Source: Terrimicrobiaceae bacterium
GTDB taxonomy: Bacteria > Verrucomicrobiota > Verrucomicrobiia > Chthoniobacterales > Terrimicrobiaceae
Direction of reading: 5' to 3'
Length of the DNA stretch: 64,000 nt
Assembly (NCBI GenBank): GCA_041752695.1
Contig: JBGSVZ010000092.1
Coordinates: 113,250-177,249 of the forward strand
Within the stretch, counting starts at the first letter, position 1; each line of letters starts with the position of its first letter. The position numbers were made by a program, and so were the translations under genes. Below are positions 52,611-61,797 of this stretch, one piece after another. A model generated the notes under the pieces. That model ran no database searches. It was given only the letters and a program-made list of their open reading frames with translations, and was not told where the DNA came from.

Positions 52611-52649
52611 AACGCTCAACTTTCAACGCTCAACTCTGAACGCTGAAGT
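52611..52649 (+). repeat. Heptamer array after the helicase
   Basis: AACGCTC AACTTTC AACGCTC AACTCTG AACGCTG AAGT, plus two extra units at 52574-52587. Confidence 0.9.
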
Positions 52650-52713
52650 GAGGAACTGAATGCCCGACGTCGTGACGGCAGTTCCGAAGTCGAACGTTCC
52701 TGCGCGAAGCGCA

Positions 52714-52752
52714 ACTTGAGCGTTGAGAGTTGAGTGTTCAGCGTTCAGCGTT
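52714..52752 (-). repeat. Heptamer array after the AraC gene
   Basis: Minus strand reads AACGCTG AACGCTG AACACTC AACTCTC AACGCTC AAGT. Confidence 0.9.
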
Positions 52753-52766
52753 ACGCCCGAAGCGCG

Positions 52767-53564
52767 TCAGGCATACGGGATAAACTTCTGGCGGTAGGCC
52801 GCCGCGGTCAGGCCGCTGTGTTTTTTGAAGGCCCGGCAAAAGTTTTCCGTGTTCGCGTAGCCGACGTCCCTCGCGATGGACTTGATGGGGTCGCTGGTGG
52901 TCACCAACTTGTGGCGGGCGGAACGCATGCGCTGGAGAATAAGGTGTTGGTGCGGGGTCATTCCGACGTGTTCGCGGAACTGCGCGTGCAGGTAGGATGC
53001 ACTGAGCCCAAATCGCGCGGCGAGGTCTTCGATGCCACATGGCTCGGCGTAGTGCCGATCCATGTGGCCCATCACATTCGCCACCAGCGGGGGAATTGCC
53101 TGGTGTTTGGCGCCGCGCCGGAATTCTTCCAGGCGGAAACGGAACTGGCTCCAGATCAAGTCGCCCAGCACGGCGCGGTCAAGGTCGGTGTGGTGAAAGG
53201 CAAAAAGAACCTCCTCCGAAAATCGCAACGCCTCGCTCACGTTGGCCCATTGAAAAACCCTCGGCCAGGCAAACCGCTGCGGCAGGCGGTCCAGTCGAAA
53301 CCTGGCGGTCATGCAGGCATAATGTCCGGTTCCCGGCGTCCGGCTGACGGTGGATTGCCGCGGATGGTGGGCGAAGACAGAGCCGGCTCCGTGCAGTTCA
53401 TTACCCTCCGGCGAATAGACCGAACCCTCCGTGATCAGCTCGAAAAGGAGGAAATTGGGGGCAATGATCGCAGGGCTGTCGGCTCCACCGGGACCGCTGA
53501 CATAGTGGCCCACGCTCTCGAGGGAGGTCTTCATTCCCGCACCATCATTCATAGTTTTTATCAA
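52767..53564 (-). CDS. AraC-family transcriptional regulator
   Basis: Double HTH IEDLAARFGLSASYL and IKSIARDVGYANTENFCRAFKKHSG. The true start may be a downstream ATG. Confidence 0.9.
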   Translation of the reverse strand: MIKTMNDGAGMKTSLESVGHYVSGPGGADSPAIIAPNFLLFELITEGSVYSPEGNELHGAGSVFAHHPRQSTVSRTPGTGHYACMTARFRLDRLPQRFAWPRVFQWANVSEALRFSEEVLFAFHHTDLDRAVLGDLIWSQFRFRLEEFRRGAKHQAIPPLVANVMGHMDRHYAEPCGIEDLAARFGLSASYLHAQFREHVGMTPHQHLILQRMRSARHKLVTTSDPIKSIARDVGYANTENFCRAFKKHSGLTAAAYRQKFIPYA

Positions 53565-53649
53565 TTTGCGTTTTACCGGATTCTGCTACGATGAGCTTTC
53601 TCTCGCAAGATCTCCCTGTTTTCATCAACTTGTTACTGCAAAACCTATC

Positions 53650-54465
53650 ATGATTCCTGAAATTACCGTCCAACTCTACAGTGTCCGCGACCAAGCTGCC
53701 GTGGATTATGAGGGCACCATCCGCGCCATTGCCGAAATGGGATTTGGCTGCGTGGAGCCGGCCGGCTACCCCGGTTATACCGCGGCCAAAGCCGCCAAAC
53801 TTTTTCAGGAACTTGGGCTGAAAGCGCCGACCTGCCACGGAGCGCTGCCCGTGGGCGAGAAAAAGAACGCGGTCATTGAAGAGGCACTCCTTCTCGGCCA
53901 CGAGGCCATTATCACCGGGTGCCCGCCCCAATTCCGGGAAAATTTCGTCTCGGCCGACGCCGTCAAGGCCACTGCGGAATTGTATTGTGAGGCGGCCTCC
54001 AATGCCGCCGCCCATGGCTTACAGATCGGATATCACAATCACGACTGGGATCTTCTTGATGTCGAGGGCACGCCGGGATACCGCATTTTTTTAGAGAACA
54101 CGCCGGAGACCATCCTGTGGGAAGCGGACGTCTTCTGGGTCGCGAAAGCCGGGCTTGACCCCGTCGCCTTCCTCACCGAGATCGGCTCCCGCGGCATGGC
54201 TCTTCACTTCAAAGACGGCGTGACCAACGCCTCGGACACGTTTACCGAGGCGGAGACGGAGAGCGGCAAGATTATGGTCAGCAATTCCTCGCCCTTCCTC
54301 CCGGCGGGCACCGGCCAGGTGGACCTTCAGGCGGCCTCCAAAGCCGCGACTTTCGCCAAATACATTGCAGTGGAACTCGATAGCTACACCGGCGACATGA
54401 TGAAAGCCGTACAGGAAAGTTACCACTACCTCACCAGCACGGGTATCGCTCGCGGCAATAAATAA
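53650..54465 (+). CDS. Sugar phosphate isomerase/epimerase (xylose-isomerase-like TIM barrel)
   Basis: VQLYSVRD, GYHNH, HFKD, GTGQVD, AVELD. Confidence 0.88.
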   Translation: MIPEITVQLYSVRDQAAVDYEGTIRAIAEMGFGCVEPAGYPGYTAAKAAKLFQELGLKAPTCHGALPVGEKKNAVIEEALLLGHEAIITGCPPQFRENFVSADAVKATAELYCEAASNAAAHGLQIGYHNHDWDLLDVEGTPGYRIFLENTPETILWEADVFWVAKAGLDPVAFLTEIGSRGMALHFKDGVTNASDTFTEAETESGKIMVSNSSPFLPAGTGQVDLQAASKAATFAKYIAVELDSYTGDMMKAVQESYHYLTSTGIARGNK

Positions 54466-54468
54466 TCC

Positions 54469-55578
54469 ATGTCCCATAAATCCAAAGTTCGCGTCGGCAT
54501 CATCGGCTGTGGGAATATCTCCCAAGCCTATTTCAACGGAGCCAAACTTTTCGAAGTTCTCGAAGTGGTCTCCTGTGCGGATATCAACCCGGAGGTCGCG
54601 TGGGCCAAGGCCAGCGAAAACGGCTGCACAGCGCAGACTGTGGACGAACTGCTGGCCAATCCCGACGTGGATCTCGTCATCAATCTGACCATTCCCGCCG
54701 TCCATGCCGAGGTGAGTCTTGCGGCCCTCCAGGCCGGCAAACACGTGCACTGCGAAAAGCCACTGGCTGTTCATCTCGACGATGCCAAAAAGGTTCTCGA
54801 AGTCGCCGCCGAAAAAGGGCTTCTAGTGGGCTGCGCGCCGGATACATTTCTGGGCGCGGGTCTGCAAACTGCCCGGAAAATGGTGGACGATGGATGGATC
54901 GGCACCGTCTTCAGCGGCTCGGCCTACCTGATGTCCCGCGGTCCGGAATCCTGGCACCCAAACCCGGCGTTTTTCTACGAGGTCGGCGGCGGCCCCATGT
55001 TCGACATGGGCCCGTATTACATCACGGCTCTGGTCCACCTTCTCGGCCCCGTCAAAGAAATTTGCGGAGTGACCACACGCGGATTCGAAGAGCGCATCGC
55101 CACCTGCAAAGAGCAGTTCGGCAAAATGCTGCCTGTTTCCGTGCCGACCCATTCCTCCGGCACCCTCGTTTTCCACTCCGGAGCAGTTGTCACGGTCACG
55201 ATCTCGTTTGACGTCTATAAGCATGGACACAGCCCGATCGAACTTTACGGCAGCGAGGGTTCTTTGAAAGTGCCGGATCCAAACACCTTCGATGGCCCGC
55301 TGGAAATCTGGACGCCCACCACCGGCGAATGGCGCAATCAGGCCCTGAGCCATCCCTATCGCGAAAATAGCCGCAGCATCGGTGCGGCCGATATGGCTTA
55401 TGCCATTCTCAGCGGGGGAACACGACAGCACCGCAGCAGCGGCGCACTCGCGTATCATGCGCTCGAGGTCATGCATGCCTTCGAAAAATCCTCCACCCTC
55501 AAAAAACACGTCACGATCGAATCCAAACCGCTGCAGCCCGCCCCGCTGCCGCTGGGACTCATCAAAGGAAGGCTGTAA
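54469..55578 (+). CDS. Gfo/Idh/MocA oxidoreductase
   Basis: GIIGCGNIS, HCEKPLA, GGGPMFDMGPYY. Confidence 0.92.
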   Translation: MSHKSKVRVGIIGCGNISQAYFNGAKLFEVLEVVSCADINPEVAWAKASENGCTAQTVDELLANPDVDLVINLTIPAVHAEVSLAALQAGKHVHCEKPLAVHLDDAKKVLEVAAEKGLLVGCAPDTFLGAGLQTARKMVDDGWIGTVFSGSAYLMSRGPESWHPNPAFFYEVGGGPMFDMGPYYITALVHLLGPVKEICGVTTRGFEERIATCKEQFGKMLPVSVPTHSSGTLVFHSGAVVTVTISFDVYKHGHSPIELYGSEGSLKVPDPNTFDGPLEIWTPTTGEWRNQALSHPYRENSRSIGAADMAYAILSGGTRQHRSSGALAYHALEVMHAFEKSSTLKKHVTIESKPLQPAPLPLGLIKGRL

Positions 55579-55616
55579 GCTGCAGCGCAAGGCGCCGAAC
55601 TTGGCACCGGGTGCCA

Positions 55617-55655
55617 AACGCTCAACTCTGAACTTTCAACTCTGAACTCTGAAGT
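55617..55655 (+). repeat. Heptamer array after the oxidoreductase
   Basis: AACGCTC AACTCTG AACTTTC AACTCTG AACTCTG AAGT. Confidence 0.9.
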
Positions 55656-55736
55656 GAGGAGTTCCTTTCTGCCTTCGCGTCCCAGCGGAATCTAGCCCTC
55701 CTCCGGGAGACAATCGATCCCGTTGGCCATTCTCAA

Positions 55737-55775
55737 ACTTGAGCGTTCCACGTTGAGCGTTCGATGTTCAGCGTT
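55737..55775 (-). repeat. Heptamer array after the phosphatase-like gene
   Basis: Minus strand reads AACGCTG AACATCG AACGCTC AACGTGG AACGCTC AAGT. Confidence 0.88.
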
Positions 55776-55794
55776 CCGCGCGAAGCGAGGCCGC

Positions 55795-57045
55795 TCAAAG
55801 GCCTTCCACGATCGCCTTGAAGATATCGGTGTTGTCTTTGAAGCCATCCAGCTTCTCCGCACCTGGGCCATAGCTGACGACCACGCCGTCCTCAGCGATT
55901 CCCGTGGCGGACGGTGTCGTAAACGCGGCGGGTTCCGAGGGGGACGTCGGGGTGGCGTCAGGGCCGGGGCTTGTCGCGGAGCGTGACCCCGGGCCGGTGG
56001 ACCAAGTCAGAGACGGCACGCCTTGGGAATTGATTCCCGTAATGGCCATGCCTTTGTCGTTGCGGAACGGATAGCCATTGAGGCTCAGCCCGCCGACGGT
56101 TTGTTTGCCCGCCACGATAATCAAAGATTTTTCTCCGGCGTAACTTTTGGCCGCCGCCACCGCCGCATCCAGCGCAAGCAGTTGGCGCAGCATCCGCTCG
56201 CCTTCGTTCTTCGTGGCCGCGCTTCCGACGAGTCCCGCATCCACCACCAGGAGGTATCCCTTGCGGTTGAATTGCAACAGCTGGATCGCCTGCTGCACCA
56301 TTTCGGCTAGCGAAGGTTCGGAACCGGCCGACTTGATCTCGTCGGCGTAGGCGAGGGGACCCGAGGCAAAAATGCCAAGAAGCTTCGGAGCGCGCCAGGA
56401 CGGCGTGCTTTCCAATTCTGACTTGCTGCGGGCAATGTCGTACCCCTTTTGCCGCATTTCCAGCATAAGGTCGCGCCCATCTTTGCGGCGGCCTTCCTTG
56501 TGTTCCGGAAGGAAATCGGCCTCGCCGCCGCCGAGAATGACATCAAGAACGGGGGCGTCCGCCAGTTGGGCCACGATCGACTGTGTGTCGAGCGGGTCTC
56601 CGGATTTGGCGAAAAACACCCCAGGAGTGGTGTCGGAAATGGCGCTGTCGGTCACCAGCCCCACCGCACGTCCCTGCGCCCGCGCCAGATCGATCAAGTT
56701 CTGCAAAGGCTTTCCCGCGGAATCCACCCCGACCGACCGATTATTGACTTTCTGCCCGGTGGAGATGGCAGTCACTGCTGCCGCCGTATCGCTCACCGCA
56801 AAATCGTTGGCGTGGGTCGTCAGGAGACCAAGATGGGGTAGGGATTCGAGCGCGAGGCGGTGGTCGGACCCGCCCTCGTAGATCCGCGCGGCCGTTAGGG
56901 TGGAGGTGGAAAGGTTATCGGTGAGGAAGAGGACAATCGCGAACGGCTTCTGCACCACCCAATTGATGTAAAAAAGCATGCCGACGCCGATGAAGGCCAG
57001 AAACAGGACGAGAGCGAGGAAGCGATTGCGGATTTTGTTGCTCAT
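55795..57045 (-). CDS. PhoA-fold alkaline phosphatase homolog with degenerate metal ligands, N-terminally anchored
   Basis: VSDTAAAVTAISTGQKVNN, VILGGG, EPSLAEMVQQAI, GPGAE, DNTDIF. Confidence 0.85.
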   Translation of the reverse strand: MSNKIRNRFLALVLFLAFIGVGMLFYINWVVQKPFAIVLFLTDNLSTSTLTAARIYEGGSDHRLALESLPHLGLLTTHANDFAVSDTAAAVTAISTGQKVNNRSVGVDSAGKPLQNLIDLARAQGRAVGLVTDSAISDTTPGVFFAKSGDPLDTQSIVAQLADAPVLDVILGGGEADFLPEHKEGRRKDGRDLMLEMRQKGYDIARSKSELESTPSWRAPKLLGIFASGPLAYADEIKSAGSEPSLAEMVQQAIQLLQFNRKGYLLVVDAGLVGSAATKNEGERMLRQLLALDAAVAAAKSYAGEKSLIIVAGKQTVGGLSLNGYPFRNDKGMAITGINSQGVPSLTWSTGPGSRSATSPGPDATPTSPSEPAAFTTPSATGIAEDGVVVSYGPGAEKLDGFKDNTDIFKAIVEGL

Positions 57046-57110
57046 TCAGTAGGCGATACGCGGAATTTCCATCATAACGCGCCGCTGCAAGCAATAGCGC
57101 GTCTTTTCGA

Positions 57111-57139
57111 TTGCGAAAATCCCCACACCCAGAGATATT
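57111..57139 (+). promoter_or_regulatory. Sigma70-type promoter of tRNA-Gln
   Basis: TTGCGA-17 bp-GATATT followed by a GC-rich discriminator, 12 nt before the tRNA. Confidence 0.6.
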
Positions 57140-57151
57140 GCGGGGCTCAAT

Positions 57152-57225
57152 TACCCGATGGTGTAACGGTAACACAGAGGCCTTTGGAGCCTTTATTCAT
57201 GGTTCGAATCCATGTCGGGTAGCCA
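57152..57225 (+). tRNA. tRNA-Gln(UUG)
   Basis: Acceptor stem TACCCGA/TCGGGTA, anticodon loop CT-TTG-GA, T-arm GGTTCGAATCC, encoded CCA. Confidence 0.96.
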
Positions 57226-57634
57226 GTTTCGGGGAAGATGTTTTTCGGTTCTCCGCCGAGTTTATTGGGCTCTCCGCCAAAAAATGGGGATGAGGTCATT
57301 TGTTCGTGGTTTTTGTTATCCGCAACGAGCGATAACACGCAAGCGGTAGTTTTGGAGGTTTCTAAAGCCGTAGGCACGGCTTTGGAGGAGTTTCATTTTG
57401 CGGGGTAAGAAGACGATCGAACTCTGGGATCTGTTCCGCCTAGAAAAGACCACTCCGCCTTGGTTCCCTCCACCGATGCTTCTCCGCCACGGCCGCAGCC
57501 CCGGGGTATCCGGCACGAAACTACGCCTGCAGTCCCGGCTCCCGCTCCCGATCATTCGGTAGCCCCTCATAGACAAACCGGGCCAGACTGATCGTTCGCC
57601 GACCTCATGGCCTCACTTTTTGATCGAGAGCCGT

Positions 57635-59188
57635 TTATGGCGCCACGTTTGGCGCCGTCGAACGTCTGAGAGATCGTTGAGCCTCATAAAGATTTTGGGG
57701 TTCGAGCGTGGACGGGGAAATCGGTTCGAACCAAACGCCCGCCAGATCAAGAATGGCAGGATCTTTGCTGGGAAAGCCGATGATATTCATCAAGTCCGGC
57801 CCGAAGCCTTGGGGAAAGCCGCGTTGAAGTTGTCTAGCCTGGAGATTCCAGAAGGTTGTCCAGGCTGCGGAGTGTCTTCCCCGGTTGGCGCCCCCGCCCG
57901 ATTGGTAAAGACGGGTTCCCTTCCCGAGATCAAGTTCGGTAAAAAGGTTGGCGTGGGGGTACCGCTTGTGAAAGTCGAAACACAGGTCCACGCCCTTCCC
58001 TTTGGAAACCACGCCACCTCCGGTTCCTTCAACACTGATGTCGTGGATAAATTTGCAGCGGAAGTCGAAACTGGTCACAAGGTTGTCGTCGCCGACGGTC
58101 ACTCCATGGTGCCCGGTTTCGCCTTGTGGTGTGCCTTCCCGGTTGGAATCGAATATCAGGCCGTCAAGTGTCACGAAAGAACTCCCGTTCAGAAACGGCC
58201 CGCTGTCGGCGTTAAAAATGCGCACGTTGCGCACCCAGCAATCCGCCGCCCCGGACATGGCAATGGGGTTGTAGCCATCCTCTTCAAAATGTCCGCGATA
58301 GGGAACATTCGGAAACTCAAAAGAGAGGTCTTCGATCCCCACTTCCGTGACCGACGGCTGGAAGATTTTGACTGTGGCATTCCAACGGGGATCCACATTG
58401 GTGCGGAGGGTTCGTTCCAGGGTGATCTTTGAGCCGTCCATGGCTTTGACCCGGGAGGCAAAGCGAGTGCGCGTTTTTGGGATATCGGTGGTCGAGTCGG
58501 GTTGGCCGTCATAGAGGTGCTGCAGCAGGCTACCGTCACCAGGATCCGTCTGCGTAATTTCAATTTTGTCGCCGGGACTGACGGAGAGGGCGTTGTCCAA
58601 TTCGATGGTGTCTGTTCCGCGCCGAGCGGGTTCCTTGAGGCCCCCCAAGCTCCTGCCCTGTTGGGTTCCTTTGACCCAAATCAGTCCTCCGGACCAAGAG
58701 TAGGCGGTGGTGGGTTTGCCGCTCGAGGTTGCGTCCTTGGAAGGGCGAATTTGCTCCATGCCCTTGGGATAAAAAAGAGTAGTTTTATCCGGCCCCTCTC
58801 CGCGCAGGACGATGTTTGGCTTTTGGATCTCGATAATGTCAGTCAGGATGTATTTTCCGGCGGGAATAAGGATGGTGCCATCATCGGTCGATTCGATCGC
58901 CTGCAGAAATGCCGCGGTGTCATCGGTTGTGCCGTCGCCCCTGGCGCCGAAATCTTTGACGTTCGCCTTGATGGGCGGGCGGGGCAGGGCGGATTCGCCA
59001 CTGTGATAACCGGCGAAGGAAAAATCCGTGAGGCGGCCGGCCCGATCCCAGAGCATGCCGTTGGCCCCAAAGAGCCGGGACGTTTCGGCGTGGCTGGAAA
59101 GCGGGCAAAGCAGAAGCAGGCACAACGCGAGTTTTTCCGAGGGTGGGAAGAAAGAGAGAAAAGCGCGGGGAGACATGGCGGGGGTCAT
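57635..59188 (-). CDS. Secreted parallel beta-helix protein (Pectate_lyase_3-like polysaccharide enzyme)
   Basis: DFSFAGY, NVKDFGARGDGTTDDTAAF, LRGEG, CWVRNV. Start at 59188 or 59176. Confidence 0.85.
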   Translation of the reverse strand: MTPAMSPRAFLSFFPPSEKLALCLLLLCPLSSHAETSRLFGANGMLWDRAGRLTDFSFAGYHSGESALPRPPIKANVKDFGARGDGTTDDTAAFLQAIESTDDGTILIPAGKYILTDIIEIQKPNIVLRGEGPDKTTLFYPKGMEQIRPSKDATSSGKPTTAYSWSGGLIWVKGTQQGRSLGGLKEPARRGTDTIELDNALSVSPGDKIEITQTDPGDGSLLQHLYDGQPDSTTDIPKTRTRFASRVKAMDGSKITLERTLRTNVDPRWNATVKIFQPSVTEVGIEDLSFEFPNVPYRGHFEEDGYNPIAMSGAADCWVRNVRIFNADSGPFLNGSSFVTLDGLIFDSNREGTPQGETGHHGVTVGDDNLVTSFDFRCKFIHDISVEGTGGGVVSKGKGVDLCFDFHKRYPHANLFTELDLGKGTRLYQSGGGANRGRHSAAWTTFWNLQARQLQRGFPQGFGPDLMNIIGFPSKDPAILDLAGVWFEPISPSTLEPQNLYEAQRSLRRSTAPNVAP

Positions 59189-59310
59189 CGGGAACACTGA
59201 GGCGTTGTTTGGAGAGATGCGAGCAAGGAACATCGAAAAGGCTCCCGCATCGTGGCCGCGTTTGTTCGAAGAATAATGACCCCGAACAGATTTTTCGGTA
59301 TTTCAGCGGA

Positions 59311-60405
59311 ATGCCCATTCTCCGCCTGTCGTTGATCGCAGTGTTCACCTCTTGCGCTTTTTCCCTCCAGGCGGAATTGCCTGTGGTCGTCGCAGCCGAC
59401 AATGCGCTTCTGCTCTACAGCGGCCGCGGAGACGACGCGAAGGCTGGGGAGGTACGCTTTGGCTATTCTGGCGCCCGCGTGCGGGTGGCGTTTGAGGGCG
59501 GAACCCTTGGAATGCGGATGGACAGCGACAAGCCCAATTGGCTGAACGTGATTATCGACGGCAGGCGCGCCCAGAAAATTAAGGTGGAGGGACGTGGCGA
59601 ATATTATGAACTGGCGTCGAATCTTGGTTCCGGCGTTCACACCGTCGAAATCGTCAAGGCCACGGAAGGCATGGTGGGACCCGTGAGTTTTAGGGGGTTC
59701 GTCCTGCCCGAGGGAGGCCGGGTGGTCGAGTGGCCGGAGAAACAAACACGCCGAATCGAATTTATTGGGGACTCCATCACCTGCGGTTACGGCATCGAGG
59801 TTAACGATCCGAAGCTTCACTTTACGCCGGAGACGGAGAATTTTTGTGACACTTATGCCTGGCTGACAGCTCAGGCGTTGAACGCGGATTATTTGGTGGT
59901 GGCCCGGTCAGGCATCGGCATGCTGCGGAATTACAACGGACCCGTTGATGGGAGTCCAGAGAACTTGCCTGCCATTTATGATCGTGTCCTTTTCCAAGAC
60001 CCTGCCTTGCTTTGGAATTCGGCCCGATTTACGCCAGATGTGGTCTGCATCAATCTGGGCACGAACGACTTTAGCACCAAGGGGGTCAATCAGGAAAAAT
60101 ACGCCACAAGTTATCTTTCGTTCGTGAAAATGCTGATCGGACGTTATCCCGAAGTGCGTATTGTCTTGCTGATGGGGCCGATGCTAAATAGTGAAGTCCT
60201 CAAAACGATCCTCACGCGGGTGGCCGATACCATCAACAGGGAACATCCGGGAAAAGTTTCGGTTTTCGAGCTCTCTCGTCAAGGCGCTCATGGTTTCGGC
60301 GCGGACTTCCATCCGTCCCAGAAGCAAGCCAGGGTCAACGGCGCGGAACTGACAAAGTATTTGTCCGATTTGATGAATTGGCCGGTGGAACCCAATCAAA
60401 AGTAG
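59311..60405 (+). CDS. SGNH/GDSL carbohydrate esterase, CE2-like
   Basis: FIGDSITCGYG, ARSGIG, NLGTND, DFHP, signal peptide. Confidence 0.88.
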   Translation: MPILRLSLIAVFTSCAFSLQAELPVVVAADNALLLYSGRGDDAKAGEVRFGYSGARVRVAFEGGTLGMRMDSDKPNWLNVIIDGRRAQKIKVEGRGEYYELASNLGSGVHTVEIVKATEGMVGPVSFRGFVLPEGGRVVEWPEKQTRRIEFIGDSITCGYGIEVNDPKLHFTPETENFCDTYAWLTAQALNADYLVVARSGIGMLRNYNGPVDGSPENLPAIYDRVLFQDPALLWNSARFTPDVVCINLGTNDFSTKGVNQEKYATSYLSFVKMLIGRYPEVRIVLLMGPMLNSEVLKTILTRVADTINREHPGKVSVFELSRQGAHGFGADFHPSQKQARVNGAELTKYLSDLMNWPVEPNQK

Positions 60406-60527
60406 TGGAAAATCTGGATCTTCCGGGGCCGTCGGGACGGGAAACTTATGTTCTTAGTTTCGTGGCAAAGCCGTCAATTCGCCGAACTTCCCGGGGAAAT
60501 CCCTCTGCGTGAGTAAAGGTAGGCATC

Positions 60528-61724
60528 GTGTCGTTTTCGCCAAGGTTTCATCTTTCGGAAAAGCCCATGCTTGTCTTGCTGGCGGCGGTGCAATTCACCC
60601 ACATCATGGATTTTATGATCATGATGCCGCTTGGACCGATGCTCATGCGGGAGTTGTCGCTCTCGGCGTCGGAGTTTAGCCTGTTGATCGCAGCTTACAC
60701 GATGATGGCGGGGATTGTCGGCCTGGCCACGGCGCCATTTATCGATCGATTCGACCGGAGGACGGTGTTGCTCGCTTCGTATGTGGGCTTTATCGCTGGT
60801 ACCTATGCATGTGCCGTGTCGCATTCGGCCGGGACTCTTTTGGTGGCGCGGGCTCTGTGTGGGGCGTTTGGCGGGGTGGCGAATGCGACGATCCTCGCCA
60901 TCGTGGGAGATCTCGTGCCGGCCCAGAGGAGGGGTGCGGCGATGGGGATCGTGATGACGTCGTTTTCCGCCGCGGCGGCGTTCGGAGTGCCGTTCGGGTT
61001 GTTTCTGGCGCAGCAATTTCAATGGGAGACTCCGTTCCTGATGCTCGTGGGAATCGCGCTGCTGGTGGAGGGTTTGTTGTTTGTTTTCCTTCCCCATGTG
61101 CGGGCCCATCTGGCAGACGGCCCGCCGCCTTCGTGGAAAAACTTTCTGGCGTTGCTGACAGATGGGAATGCCGGGCGAGCGTTGCTGCTGACGGTGTCTT
61201 TGGTCTTCGGGCATTTCACGATCATCCCGTTTCTCTCGCCGCATTTGGTTTTCAATTTGAAGCTGCCGGAGGGATACCTTGCCTTGGTTTATGTGATCGG
61301 CGGCGCGCTGACGATTGTGACAGCGCCCTGGATCGGGCACCTCTCCGACCGTCTTGGCCGGGCGCGAGTTTTCACCGTGGTGGTCTGCGGGGCGGTGGTG
61401 ATTGTGATTCTGCTGACAAATGCCGGACCGTTGCCGGTGGCGGGGACCCTTGTGCTGACGGGTTTGTTTTTTATCTTTGCGAGTGGACGTTATGTCCCGG
61501 CGCAGGCCGCGCTGGCTTCGGCGGTGACGGCGTCACGCCGCGGAGCCTTCATGAGTCTGACCGCATGCACGCGCGATCTCTGCACGGGAGTGGCGGCGAT
61601 CATGGCGGGCAAGGTTGTGCTTCGAACGCCGGACGCGTTGTTGCATGTGAACTGGCTCGGCTGGCTGGCGGTGTCAGTGAGTCTGCTCAGCATCTGGCTG
61701 ATCCGGCGTGTGAAGGCGGTATAA
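60528..61724 (+). CDS. MFS transporter (DHA1-like)
   Basis: About 12 TM helices, DRFDRR and SDRLGR motif A. Confidence 0.92.
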   Translation: MSFSPRFHLSEKPMLVLLAAVQFTHIMDFMIMMPLGPMLMRELSLSASEFSLLIAAYTMMAGIVGLATAPFIDRFDRRTVLLASYVGFIAGTYACAVSHSAGTLLVARALCGAFGGVANATILAIVGDLVPAQRRGAAMGIVMTSFSAAAAFGVPFGLFLAQQFQWETPFLMLVGIALLVEGLLFVFLPHVRAHLADGPPPSWKNFLALLTDGNAGRALLLTVSLVFGHFTIIPFLSPHLVFNLKLPEGYLALVYVIGGALTIVTAPWIGHLSDRLGRARVFTVVVCGAVVIVILLTNAGPLPVAGTLVLTGLFFIFASGRYVPAQAALASAVTASRRGAFMSLTACTRDLCTGVAAIMAGKVVLRTPDALLHVNWLGWLAVSVSLLSIWLIRRVKAV

Positions 61725-61797
61725 TTCCTTCGATATGGATTTTTCCCTTTTTGCAGATGGTCATTTTGAAATCTGGCCAAAATTCCGCGCCGTGCTG

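Noticed and set aside
52574..52766. Heptamer arrays as a CRISPR array
   Set aside because: Units are contiguous 7-mers without unique spacers, and no cas genes are in the window.
59262..59276. LexA-type box TGTTC-N4-GAACA
   Set aside because: The spacer is 3 nt, the right half mismatches, and the flanking genes are not repair genes.
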